Shown here in pieces: positions 46,453-55,763 of a stretch of DNA of 64,000 bases. Each line of letters opens with the position of its first letter. Positions within the stretch are counted from its first letter, which is position 1. The stretch comes from an uncultured Lachnospiraceae bacterium (GTDB taxonomy: Bacteria > Bacillota > Clostridia > Lachnospirales > Lachnospiraceae): positions 21,396 to 85,395 of the forward strand of contig CAKRPJ010000001.1 in NCBI GenBank assembly GCA_934376955.1. The letters run 5' to 3'. A program made the position numbers and the translations under genes. The notes beneath the pieces were generated by a model. The model was given only the letters and a program-made list of their open reading frames with translations, made no database searches and had not been told where the DNA came from.

Positions 46453-47340
46453 CTATGCGGCTCTTAGCCTTTCCCAGCAATTTGGGTATTTAATTATTTG
46501 ACACCTGCATCCTACACAACTATTCCCCTTGTGTAAACGGGCATACAATTTACCACTGGTGCCTTTATTTTTAATAAGTGACGTTACAAGCCCTGCACTT
46601 ACACCACTTATTGCAACTGGAATTAGTCCAATATTATCAACGAGTTTTACAACTGCATCGGCAGCATTAGTAATCCATGTTGCCAGTTCGATAAACTTTT
46701 TAACTATATCGCTATCCAGCACATCCTTAGAAAGCTTCTCAAATGCTGCTGTGAACTGCGAAATCTTACCATTGATACTATTAAGGTAAGTCTCATTTTC
46801 TTTTGTGGCGCTGCCGGCAGATTCAGCAGCAGTCTTGGCGGCATCCTGTGCGTCCTTCCAGTTGTCCAGCATACCGGAAACAACGTTAGCGCGGTTCTTG
46901 CCAGCAACCTGTTCCAACAGGGATGCTTTGTCGACGTCGTTCATTTCTTTCCAGACGTTGGCAATGCCTTCCATGATTTCATAGGTGGACTTAAAATCCC
47001 CGCTCTTGGTTAAGATATCAAATCCGCCCTTACCGTCAACATTGGTCAATGCCTTGATCTGGTCACGCAGTTTAGAGGTGCTTACTGCTACATCATCAGT
47101 GCTTTCGCCCATCTGTTCAAGATCGGTCTTTGCGCCACGGATGCGCAGTGACAATACTTTCAGCGCGTTACCTACCGACTCCGGGTCCTGCGCAACATCA
47201 TTGGCAGCCACAATCATACCAATACTCTGATCCAACGTGTTTCCTGCGGTATGCAAGGCGGATGCCGAGCGCTGTAGCGCACTGCCAACTCCAGCCGAGG
47301 AGATGGCATAATTATTCAAGCTGTTACTTTCACGGATCAA
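46453..47340 (-). CDS. tape measure protein, downstream segment (continues the TP901-type core region; last ~35 aa of the ORF look non-native)
   Basis: NNYAISSAGVGSALQRSASALHTAGNTLDQSIGMIVAANDVAQDPESVGNALKVLSLRIRG continues the core begun in 47561..52711, but in another frame. Confidence 0.7.
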   Translation of the reverse strand: MIRESNSLNNYAISSAGVGSALQRSASALHTAGNTLDQSIGMIVAANDVAQDPESVGNALKVLSLRIRGAKTDLEQMGESTDDVAVSTSKLRDQIKALTNVDGKGGFDILTKSGDFKSTYEIMEGIANVWKEMNDVDKASLLEQVAGKNRANVVSGMLDNWKDAQDAAKTAAESAGSATKENETYLNSINGKISQFTAAFEKLSKDVLDSDIVKKFIELATWITNAADAVVKLVDNIGLIPVAISGVSAGLVTSLIKNKGTSGKLYARLHKGNSCVGCRCQIIKYPNCWERLRAA

Positions 47341-47755
47341 CCGTTACTGACCGTAAACAATACGGCGGGTAGTCATTTCTGGCTACCTCTCATGTTTCAA
47401 GTATTAGGTTATAGCATGAGTTCGGACTGTATATTACCGATGTCTTATCGGAATTTACTTCAACATACCTGTTGCCAAGTATATCCTGCAGTCTCTAGGG
47501 ATTTATAGAATTTAACGATTTTATCTTCAACTTGTTCCGCAGTTAAAGTGTATGGCAATCTTAACAACGGAATTTTATTATCTTTTCGTTTGTTAGAGAT
47601 TGTTCCTTTAATAAACTGACCTTTGTTATTTCTTGTACACATAAAAAAATAACCTCCCTATTGCCATATAGGAAGTTATCGTTAAATTCCATATCTTTCC
47701 TCGGTCTTGGGTGCCTCCACCCTTTAACCGATATAGTAAATTTGGGGCAATGTTG
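47341..47755 (-). other. intervening sequence of ~410 nt splitting the tape measure gene (group I intron-like, boundaries approximate)
   Basis: The conserved core is interrupted between ...FNEVGK(Q) and (S)LNNYAISS. The insert contains stop codons and a free-standing small ORF with its own RBS. Confidence 0.5.
47460..47642 (-). CDS. 60-aa ORF inside the intervening sequence; degenerate HNH homing-endonuclease-like N-terminal fragment
   Basis: NNKGQFIKGTISNKRK resembles the GQF.KGH.PWNKG motif of phage HNH endonucleases. RBS GGGAGG. Confidence 0.4.
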   Translation of the reverse strand: MCTRNNKGQFIKGTISNKRKDNKIPLLRLPYTLTAEQVEDKIVKFYKSLETAGYTWQQVC

Positions 47756-50700
47756 TTTACCCACCTCATTAAATTTATCAACAATGCTGGTTACATCTTT
47801 CGCTTCAACGCCAAACGCTTTCATTGTGGAAATGATAGATTCACTAGCGTCATTGACACTAGAAATTCCATCCCCCACATGTTGGTACAGAACGGCCGCG
47901 TCAGCCAATTCTTTGGAATCTTTCAAATTGTAACCTAACCGTGCAAAATCAGCACTGGCCGTTACAATATCGCTGATAGAAGCGCCCAGATTCTTTGCTC
48001 GCGTACCGGCATCATCCAAAAACGCATCGTATGTATTATCGGTTTCGTTTGTAACCTTTTTCAGCTCGGTCATGGCAGAATCAATATTCACCACGTTCTG
48101 GTAAATCTGTCGCAACCCTTGCTGAACCATGTTAATTACCTGGCTGGCAAACTGACTCTTGATATTTGTCTCAAACAGCTTTTTGAACTTCATTGCCAGT
48201 GTGTCAGTTTCAAGCCCAGCATCCTGTACTGCCTTTTTCAGTTCAGCAAATTCCTTGGATGCTTTGCTTGCATATTCCTGGCCGTTTTGCTGTGTGATTT
48301 TCCCGGATTCTAGCAATTTCTGGTAGCGTTCAATATATTCGAGATACCGTGCATATATCGCAGGATCAGTTGTAATTTTAGAGTTATTAGACAAATACCT
48401 CTGTGCTGTATACAAAGAATTAGAAACACTCTTAATATAAGTGTTCACATCACGCTGAGATTTAAGGTTGCCATTAAACTTATCAGCTTCCGCCTTTGTT
48501 TCGCCAATCTTTGTTTTAACAGCGTTCAACGCATCAGAGACACTTTCAATCGGTGTTTTGGCATTTTCAAACTGCTTGGCCATTGCAGCAATAAAAGTTG
48601 GAACGTCAGCCGCAGATTTAACCTTTTCGGCTTCTTCAACCATCTTTTTAAGAGCACTTTCAGTTTGCTGGTAAATACCATTATCCTTAAATCCCTTATT
48701 GCCAGCGCTCCGCTGTAAAGCCGTTAGCATCGTCTGGTGGTTTGCCAAAAAGTCCTTAATCTGCTCAAACTGGCGCTCATTACTTCTAACGCTATTATCA
48801 GCCATGGTGTCATTGGCTGTATTTACTGCTGTTGTAAAATTTTTAGCAGCAGATGCGCAATTATTCATAGCGATTTTAAGCTTGTCAAAGTTTTCGGAAC
48901 TCCAGTCTTTTTCATACTCTTTTCTGGCTTTTTCTAAAGCTGTTTGAGTCTCTTTGAATTCTTCTCGCAAACGAGTAATTTTTGCGCTTTCTGTACCATT
49001 TACGTCTAGCTTCGAAGCCTTAGAGATGCTGGCGGCAGGATCAATTTTAGAAAGCTCTTGTAACTGAGCTGTCTGGGTTTTAATGTCTGCAATATCTTTT
49101 TCTGCTGCCCTTATTGCAGTTTGAAGAACGTCTGCATTCCTATCCCCGCCTTCTTTATCAAGGCGAGTAATAATCTCTAAAACGTATGAAAGATCGGCAG
49201 AAAGTTTTTTTACTGAATTATCATAATTTTCAGTCGTTTTATTGTCGAATTGAAATTTAGCAGCCTCATCGTATGCCTGAGTAAACTCGGCCCATTTGGC
49301 CACATTAGTCAGCAAGGCATTTGTACTTTCCGATTCTTCATTGGCTACTTGCGCCGCCGCTTTGGCCGCTTCCTGGGTTTCTTTATTAACCTGCTTTACA
49401 CCTTCCGCCATCTCGGTGGTCCGGCTAACAATATCTGCCCATGTTGTTGCGGCTTTTTCGCTGCCATTATAAAAGGCAGTAATGTCATCATTCAGTTCAG
49501 CAAATTGCTTGGTATAACTATCTTTTACAGCGCCTTCTGGCATCTGCTTAATCATTGCACCAAGATTACCGGTCTTCATTGCCAGCGATGTTACATGGCT
49601 ATTATCAGGGCTGGTTTGCAGCATCGCGTCCTTGCGGATCTTAGTGGAGATTTTCTTAATCTGCTCATCAACAGAGTTGTTAATCAGCTCCGCAAACTGA
49701 TCCATGTTTACCTCGTCGGTCATGGTTTTCAGTTTAGCAAGATCCGTCATGCTGTCCGTGATGCTCTTGGCTGCATTCGTTAGACTATTAAATACGGCAG
49801 TAATTTCCGCAAAGCCATTCACAATGTCAGTCTTGGCCTTTTTAGCATCTGTCGTACTCTTCTGTGCCTTGGCAAGTTTTGCATCAAGGCCGCTGGTATC
49901 TTTCAGCGTAGTCAGTGCCTGACTCAATGCTTCATCCAGTGTTGCCTTAAATCGCTGGGTGGCTTCTGCTACTGCTGCATCAACTTTCGGCGTCACCGTC
50001 TTGCCGTTCTCATCTTTCGGCAGTTTAACGCTGTTGATGGCACTCAGCTCACCAATGGACTTCTTATAAAAATCAACGATGTTGTTGATAAAGTTCCCAA
50101 GCTTGCGATAAGTTGTCGCATTCTTGCTGCCATCAATCTCTGCCACTTTGTCCAGGTTTTCCTGTAACCCTGCTGCAATGTTAGCATAACTGGTAAACAG
50201 CCGCTTCAATCGGTTCCCGGCGTTCACAAGGGTCTTTACACTAGCATCAATTGTTCCGCTGGCCTGTGCAGCTTCGCTCAGTGCGGTGGTAACCCGTCCA
50301 ACCTTTTCGCCGGCATTATTCAGGGTCGCACCAACAGTTTCCATCTGGGCAGAAAACTCCTGTGCAGCACTCTGCTGTTGTTTTGCCGCATCGGCCGTTG
50401 TAGTCGCTGTACGCTCGCCAGTGGTTTTATAAGCCAGAATAATAGCGTTTACTTCATCAGATGCCGCAATAATCTGCGCTGCTTTTTCAGCAAACCCATT
50501 TGTCGCAGCGCCAATCTTGGCAAACTTGGTAAACACCGTGTGGATTTGAGTGCTCGCCTCATTCGCTTTTGCAACACTGGCAGCCACATCATCCATGCTG
50601 TCAGTTTCAGTGACGGCTTTCTTCCCGCGCTTGGCTTTGGTTACGGTTCCGTTTATAAGGCCAGCGTTAGTCTTTATGTCAGCTAGGGATTCACTATACT

Positions 50701-52711
50701 GCTTAAAAGTATTGTTCAGGGCAGTTGCAGCCTCAATCATGGGGCGGGTCGCTTCTTTTGCTCCGTCTGCACTGGTAGCCGCTGTTTTCAATTCGGTCGT
50801 AATGGTGTTAATTGAATTACTGGCATTGGTGATAGCATTTTTAACCGTGTCCGCCGCTTTTTCTGCGTTCAATACCAACTGCTGCAGCTTTACAGCTTCA
50901 TCAACCTCGGTGGTTTCGGTTTTCTGTGTTTTCTTGCCACGCTTCCCCTTAGTCGGTTTATCCTCCTTGGTCAGGCTGGTTAAAAAGGCAGTCGAGATTG
51001 CTAAGGTTTTATTGATGCTGTCAATGGCTGCATTAAATTCAGCAGCTTTTGTTTTGGTCGTTTCCAGCTTCGGGTTGCTCTCTACCACAGAATTAACAAA
51101 CGCAGAAACTTTATCCAAAACATCTTTTACCTTGCTGGGGTTAATCGCAGAAAGTGTTTCAAGCAAAGTTTTCGCATCATCAGCCTTGTTTTTACCATCT
51201 GTAATACCGGTAGCCTCAGATTTTAATTTTGAAATTTCTTCTGCAATCTGCTCTTTTTGCTTAACCAGGGTCTGAAGAGCATCAATGCTTTTTTTAGTTT
51301 CTGTGTAAATGGCCTGCTCAGCCTCTAATGTACCATTTTTTGCAGCAGTGACATCCTTTTGCTTTTGAGCCATCGTATCAAGCTGAGAAATAATAGTTTC
51401 AGTAGTGCTTTTTATACGGGCTGTTATTTCAGTATCATCCAAATCCGGTTCAGACATGGTTTTTAACTCTGTCTGCGCATCACTTATTCCGGCAACTTTA
51501 TTTTGAAGTTCTTTTTTTCGTTGTTCAATTCTTTCTTCAACAGCCTGGATTGTATTGTCTATACCAGAAACCATTTGATTTTTTACACTATCAGGTAAAA
51601 TACCAATGGTCGAAGCAATCTCAACCCAATACTCTTGATAATCTTTTGCAGCAGTTTCAACCTCTTCTTCTGTTGATGTAGAACTTAATACTTTTTGACG
51701 GGCTTCATTTAACTTTTTAAACAAGCTTTTAAGAGTCGCAGTATAATTCAAGGCGGCAGAATTTAATTCTTCCGATGCCTTCATATCTATAGCCTTAATT
51801 ACTGTTTTGAACTGTTTCGCTACCTTGTTAGAGTCTTCTTCAGTCTCCGCCAACTGATCCTTTACATAATCAGTAAAACTTTCATACCCTACATCAGGAT
51901 CATCCCACTTTACGATATCTTCAAAGACATTGAAAACTTGTTTGATTTTATCAGTTTCGTTTCCAACGACATTTTTAATCTCTACTGCGCCTTTCTCAAA
52001 GCTATCACTCATCAAAGAAAAATAAGTGTCTATATCCTTACTGATATCATTAGAATTTTCCTGTAATCCCTGTTTTAATGTAGGATTTTTAAGAGTGCTT
52101 AAAAGTTTTTGCTGAAAAGAAGAAATTTCAGAAGAAACATCGTTTCCATTTTTTGCTTTTTCGTCGTCATTAGAATTTGTAGTTTCTGCATTTATTTCGG
52201 CAACAAGTGTTTTGATGTCAGAAATATTTTCTTTTATTTTTTGGTACTGCTTTATTTTTGTATTAAGAGCCGAAATCTCAGTATCTTTATTTATACTGTT
52301 TTTAAGTTCTCGTTCTTGTGTTGCAGTAAGCTTGATTCCCTCATTTAGCTGCTTTTGTGCGACAATCTGCTCTTGAGTGGCACTTGCGAGTTCTTTTCGT
52401 TTCTGTACACTACCAGTAAGTAGATTTATATTAGAAGTAAGCGCCGCCTGTTCCCGCTTTTGTGCCTGTTCAATAACTGCGGCTGCCTGCTGGGCGCTTT
52501 TAGCGTAGTCGTCAATAGCCTTCATGGTATTGGCCATTGCCTTTTCCATCGCCCCGGATATAGTCTGACTGATGCTCTTTAGCTGTGTCTTTAGGTTTTT
52601 ATCGCCAATCTGTACATTAAACTTTTTGTCTTTTGCAATCTCATTCAGTTTCCCCTGCACACCACCGCCGTCAGGTTCCACTTTTACCTTAATACTTAAA
52701 TCTTCCGCCAT
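47561..52711 (-). CDS. tape measure protein, upstream segment (1716-aa ORF; native sequence ends near 47756, the remainder is read-through into the insert)
   Basis: Very long coiled-coil. C-terminal ...TELKKVTNETDNTYDAFLDDAGTRAKNLGASISDIVTASADFARLGYNLKDSKELADAAVLYQHVGDGISSVNDASESIISTMKAFGVEAKDVTSIVDKFNEVG is a TP901-type TMP core. RBS AAGGGGG. Confidence 0.75.
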   Translation of the reverse strand: MAEDLSIKVKVEPDGGGVQGKLNEIAKDKKFNVQIGDKNLKTQLKSISQTISGAMEKAMANTMKAIDDYAKSAQQAAAVIEQAQKREQAALTSNINLLTGSVQKRKELASATQEQIVAQKQLNEGIKLTATQERELKNSINKDTEISALNTKIKQYQKIKENISDIKTLVAEINAETTNSNDDEKAKNGNDVSSEISSFQQKLLSTLKNPTLKQGLQENSNDISKDIDTYFSLMSDSFEKGAVEIKNVVGNETDKIKQVFNVFEDIVKWDDPDVGYESFTDYVKDQLAETEEDSNKVAKQFKTVIKAIDMKASEELNSAALNYTATLKSLFKKLNEARQKVLSSTSTEEEVETAAKDYQEYWVEIASTIGILPDSVKNQMVSGIDNTIQAVEERIEQRKKELQNKVAGISDAQTELKTMSEPDLDDTEITARIKSTTETIISQLDTMAQKQKDVTAAKNGTLEAEQAIYTETKKSIDALQTLVKQKEQIAEEISKLKSEATGITDGKNKADDAKTLLETLSAINPSKVKDVLDKVSAFVNSVVESNPKLETTKTKAAEFNAAIDSINKTLAISTAFLTSLTKEDKPTKGKRGKKTQKTETTEVDEAVKLQQLVLNAEKAADTVKNAITNASNSINTITTELKTAATSADGAKEATRPMIEAATALNNTFKQYSESLADIKTNAGLINGTVTKAKRGKKAVTETDSMDDVAASVAKANEASTQIHTVFTKFAKIGAATNGFAEKAAQIIAASDEVNAIILAYKTTGERTATTTADAAKQQQSAAQEFSAQMETVGATLNNAGEKVGRVTTALSEAAQASGTIDASVKTLVNAGNRLKRLFTSYANIAAGLQENLDKVAEIDGSKNATTYRKLGNFINNIVDFYKKSIGELSAINSVKLPKDENGKTVTPKVDAAVAEATQRFKATLDEALSQALTTLKDTSGLDAKLAKAQKSTTDAKKAKTDIVNGFAEITAVFNSLTNAAKSITDSMTDLAKLKTMTDEVNMDQFAELINNSVDEQIKKISTKIRKDAMLQTSPDNSHVTSLAMKTGNLGAMIKQMPEGAVKDSYTKQFAELNDDITAFYNGSEKAATTWADIVSRTTEMAEGVKQVNKETQEAAKAAAQVANEESESTNALLTNVAKWAEFTQAYDEAAKFQFDNKTTENYDNSVKKLSADLSYVLEIITRLDKEGGDRNADVLQTAIRAAEKDIADIKTQTAQLQELSKIDPAASISKASKLDVNGTESAKITRLREEFKETQTALEKARKEYEKDWSSENFDKLKIAMNNCASAAKNFTTAVNTANDTMADNSVRSNERQFEQIKDFLANHQTMLTALQRSAGNKGFKDNGIYQQTESALKKMVEEAEKVKSAADVPTFIAAMAKQFENAKTPIESVSDALNAVKTKIGETKAEADKFNGNLKSQRDVNTYIKSVSNSLYTAQRYLSNNSKITTDPAIYARYLEYIERYQKLLESGKITQQNGQEYASKASKEFAELKKAVQDAGLETDTLAMKFKKLFETNIKSQFASQVINMVQQGLRQIYQNVVNIDSAMTELKKVTNETDNTYDAFLDDAGTRAKNLGASISDIVTASADFARLGYNLKDSKELADAAVLYQHVGDGISSVNDASESIISTMKAFGVEAKDVTSIVDKFNEVGKQHCPKFTISVKGWRHPRPRKDMEFNDNFLYGNREVIFLCVQEITKVSLLKEQSLTNEKIIKFRC

Positions 52712-52801
52712 ATACTTTCCCCCTTACGGTTCGGCTCAAGCCTTCAAAGGCCGATTTTTTCAAATCAGCCACTCAAGACAAGAGCCGAAGCTCTCGTCGC
52801 G

Positions 52802-53281
52802 TTAGTTATCAGGGAACTGCTCTTTTATGGCTTTCACAATCTCTCCATGTACGGCGCTGTTCCCATCTGCGATTTCTTTTGCCGTGTTTGCCACAAACGG
52901 GCGCGGGTGCAAATAGGCCGCATCAGGTGGCGAACCCCAAATGTTTTTCACATCGCCCTTCTCCACCATCTCAGCAAGCGGTGTATTGGTGCCGGTTTTG
53001 TATTGCCCACCAACGGCTGATTCATTCGGCACACCAATATCCTTTACCGTAAGCACATGTTCTCTCACGCTGCTCACCACACTGCTGTCGGCTTCCAATG
53101 CCCCTTCGCCCTGGCCGCGGCGCTTATATACTTTCGGCTGGTATACATCCAGTACATCTTCCTGGATATGCTTCTTCAAACAATTCTCCACAGCCGTTTT
53201 CGCCCCGCCATTCAGTGCCAGGTTAATTCTCCGCTGCAGTTCCAGTTCCAGCCCTTTCTGTGTGCTTACCGTCTTGGCCAT
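52802..53281 (-). CDS. hypothetical protein immediately upstream of the TMP (tail assembly chaperone position)
   Basis: Gene order. RBS AAGGAGAG. No motif recognised. Confidence 0.5.
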   Translation of the reverse strand: MAKTVSTQKGLELELQRRINLALNGGAKTAVENCLKKHIQEDVLDVYQPKVYKRRGQGEGALEADSSVVSSVREHVLTVKDIGVPNESAVGGQYKTGTNTPLAEMVEKGDVKNIWGSPPDAAYLHPRPFVANTAKEIADGNSAVHGEIVKAIKEQFPDN

Positions 53282-53779
53282 TTAACTCTCCTTGCCGTTC
53301 ACAACCTCAATCTTCACGGGCGGCTTCTTTGCGGGCTGCTCTCCTTCACGCACTTTCTTTACCAGATCAGCCAAAAATTCCTGGTCTCCCAACTGGCTCA
53401 AATTCCCTGCAATCTCTGCAAAGGCGTCTGCAATCCGGTCAAGCGGGTCCGGGTGGTTGATCGCATCAAATACCTTCATGTATTTTTCTTTCCGGTCTTT
53501 CATTTCGGCTTCACATGCCTCATAAAGTCCCGCTGTAATCACCGCAATGTCCGGGTCTTCCACAATCTCAATGCCCTGTCGGCTGTAAACAAAGTCACAC
53601 ATCTCATCTGTGTCCATCTTGTCCAGCTCCGCTTCCGGGGCAAAAAAGGTAATCACCGCAATGCGCCAAGCATAATCAAACAGCGCGTAATACTGCTTGC
53701 CGTCCTTCTCGCACATGTCGCAAACAAAATCCACAAACCGGATTCTGTCGCCTACACGGATGTTCTTCTTAATTTCCAT
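53282..53779 (-). CDS. hypothetical acidic protein (tail assembly chaperone position; start MEIKK)
   Basis: The upstream part of the table ORF is a terminator hairpin. ATG at 53779. Confidence 0.5.
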   Translation of the reverse strand: MEIKKNIRVGDRIRFVDFVCDMCEKDGKQYYALFDYAWRIAVITFFAPEAELDKMDTDEMCDFVYSRQGIEIVEDPDIAVITAGLYEACEAEMKDRKEKYMKVFDAINHPDPLDRIADAFAEIAGNLSQLGDQEFLADLVKKVREGEQPAKKPPVKIEVVNGKES

Positions 53780-53790
53780 AAAAAAATACC

Positions 53791-53825
53791 TCACAAAATA
53801 AAAAGCCCCGCCCTTTTCAGGCGGA
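53791..53825 (-). terminator. hairpin CCGCC-TGAAAAG-GGCGG + T-tract on the - strand, downstream of the IS element
   Basis: 5-bp GC stem followed by GGCTTTTTATTTTG. Confidence 0.4.
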
Positions 53826-53849
53826 GCCGTGTTCATGTTCTATTCGGGT

Positions 53850-54114
53850 ACCATACCCTAATTTTGTCATGCTCAACAAGCTTTTCTGTTGTTTCCTGGC
53901 ATAATCACAATTTTACAGCGTGTCGTAGTGAACCTCCCCACCTAAGCCTTGCGGTTATAGATGAGGCTTCTCCGTGGATTGTAACCCCACGGTAAGTCTC
54001 TGCGTTACCCGAAGGTAGAGATACGGCCCAAACTTAGCTCACAACGCCTGACGGCATTGGCCACCACATAAGGGTTAGTCTCCCGCAAAGTTGTCACAAC
54101 ACAGTACATCTACA
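53850..54114 (-). ncRNA. candidate omega-RNA (right-end element RNA) downstream of tnpB
   Basis: Structured non-coding segment with several hairpins, for example ACGGTAAGTCTCTGCGTTACCCGAAGGTAGAGATACGG, directly 3' of tnpB as in characterised TnpB systems. Confidence 0.3.
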
Positions 54115-55608
54115 TCAGGCAGTTACTTCGGGTTGAATCTCTTTTGGAGTGTTCAAAAAGTCATGCAGCTGTCTGAGAGAATGTAAAGTGCATTGGGTTC
54201 TGCGCTCAATGTCAGGAACTTTGGCCTTACATTGAGACCATGCCTTTTTTGACATGGGTTTTGTTACCTCGCGGATAAAATAGCGTGCGCCGATATTGTA
54301 GCACGCATTCAAATCCGCATTGTATTGTTTGCTGCTTGCAAAAGTAGCAAGGGAATGGTTATCTGGTGCGCGTTTTACTTTGCCGCTGCCGTCATACGCA
54401 AGTTTGCTGGTTCCCCAAGCGCAGATGTGCGAAATGCGGATACCACAGCGGTGAGCTTTATGCTCTGCAATGTGCTGGATACCATTTTTACGCCACATCT
54501 GGATTTTCTGCTTCTTGGACGATGCTTTCTTGCCTTTGAAGTCTAAATGTTCAAAGACAATTACATCGGCAGAATAGAGGACCGCGAATTCTACAACCGC
54601 GGCAGCAATCTTTTTGGATAATTCATCATTAACGCGCTTTGCATAGGCCCAAAAGTTATGTGCTTCACGGGACCCATGTAGTCTTTGGAACTTCTTGATG
54701 CGGTTAAGCACATGATACAGATGGTCTTTGTCACTTGGGAAGTTGATAAAACTCCTGGCAAGGATAGTTCCATCAGCAGTCATGATGCTGCATACCGCAT
54801 CGGTATTGAGACCTAAATCGACGGCACAGACGCGCTGCTTATCGATAGGGGTATCACTCAGTTTAACGTTTTCATCGAACGCAAAACGAAGGCTGTATTT
54901 GCCAAAATGCTTTTCGAGTATAGGGGCTGACGCACAAGCGTGCATCCAGTATTTGCGCAAGTAAGCAATATCTGTCTTACGCAGCGTGACGGTTGCCCAT
55001 ACCCAGTCGTTTTTATAGAAAACCTTCAAGCGGACAGTATAGTGATTGCTCAAAGCAGTCAGCTCATTTTGGGAGTTCTGCAGTTCAACAGCTTTGCGCT
55101 TTGCTTTCTCGATTTTCTTTTCTTCTGCCGTAAGTTCGTCCTTAGGTTTAGGATTTTTTATGACTTTCACTTTTTCGGGTGCGCCGTCCACGAGGAACAT
55201 ATCATCGCGGAAGAATATAGGGAGAGCCTTTCTGTCCACTTGAAGGGTAGGCTGTTTATCCTTTTTGTCGGACACTTCCCAATTTGCCAAGTTGCTGCGA
55301 TAACTGCTCACCGCACCAATAGCGACCGTAATGGTTGCACGACGCAGATACGACGGATACTTATAGAACAACTTGTCGAAATCAGGATACTTGGCTTCAT
55401 GGTTTTTGGTGCTATGAACCAGTTTATCAATATAGCGCTGTTGCTCAAGATTACCGGTATCGATGCGTTTAACAGCATTCCAGTTTTCATTGACAACGCC
55501 AATCAGATAGGCGAGCGCCTTGCGATAAATACAAACAGTTTCATTGAGATTTACACTACAATTAACGATTCTTACCTGATAGCTAGATGTAATATTCAAA
55601 GCACTCAC
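54115..55608 (-). CDS. tnpB: TnpB-like RuvC-fold transposon-associated nuclease (497 aa)
   Basis: RuvC-I VCAVDLGLN, RuvC-II VIVFEHLD, RuvC-III YNADLNACYNIG. The zinc-finger segment between II and III has only one Cys. Confidence 0.8.
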   Translation of the reverse strand: MSALNITSSYQVRIVNCSVNLNETVCIYRKALAYLIGVVNENWNAVKRIDTGNLEQQRYIDKLVHSTKNHEAKYPDFDKLFYKYPSYLRRATITVAIGAVSSYRSNLANWEVSDKKDKQPTLQVDRKALPIFFRDDMFLVDGAPEKVKVIKNPKPKDELTAEEKKIEKAKRKAVELQNSQNELTALSNHYTVRLKVFYKNDWVWATVTLRKTDIAYLRKYWMHACASAPILEKHFGKYSLRFAFDENVKLSDTPIDKQRVCAVDLGLNTDAVCSIMTADGTILARSFINFPSDKDHLYHVLNRIKKFQRLHGSREAHNFWAYAKRVNDELSKKIAAAVVEFAVLYSADVIVFEHLDFKGKKASSKKQKIQMWRKNGIQHIAEHKAHRCGIRISHICAWGTSKLAYDGSGKVKRAPDNHSLATFASSKQYNADLNACYNIGARYFIREVTKPMSKKAWSQCKAKVPDIERRTQCTLHSLRQLHDFLNTPKEIQPEVTA

Positions 55609-55763
55609 CTCCCTTACGGTTCACTATAATTCTATAATATCCAGTTCGCACAACCTGGCGACACCGTTATCAGAACGGAAAACAATAATTTCTGATTTCT
55701 ACCCTTAAACACGAGCTAACCCCGCCTAAATTTTACAGCTATAGACGTTGCGTGCGCTCTCCA

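Larger units (their letters stand above)
53840..55760 (-). mobile_element. IS200/IS605-family (IS1341-like, tnpB-only) insertion in the tail module; ends approximate
   Basis: Single TnpB gene flanked by ~270 nt (3') and ~150 nt (5') of non-coding DNA between phage genes. Confidence 0.6.

Noticed and set aside
47341-47755. Alternative reading of the split TMP as a programmed ribosomal frameshift or two natural genes
   Set aside because: The gap is about 410 nt, with multiple stops in all TMP-compatible frames, and it carries an independent RBS-led HNH-like ORF. That is too long and too structured for a frameshift site. A natural two-gene TMP cannot be fully excluded without homolog comparison.
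53780-53836. N-terminal extension (MNTAPPEKGGAFYFVRYFF) of the 184-aa ORF
   Set aside because: The extension is the translation of a terminator hairpin (CCGCC...GGCGG plus a T-tract). A properly spaced RBS precedes the internal ATG at 53779.
52712-55630. Shared 12-mer CCCTTACGGTTC upstream of both the TMP start and the tnpB start
   Set aside because: It coincides with the reverse complement of each gene's Shine-Dalgarno region (GAACCGTAAGGG(A)GG). It is most simply two similar RBS contexts, not evidence of a repeat element boundary.
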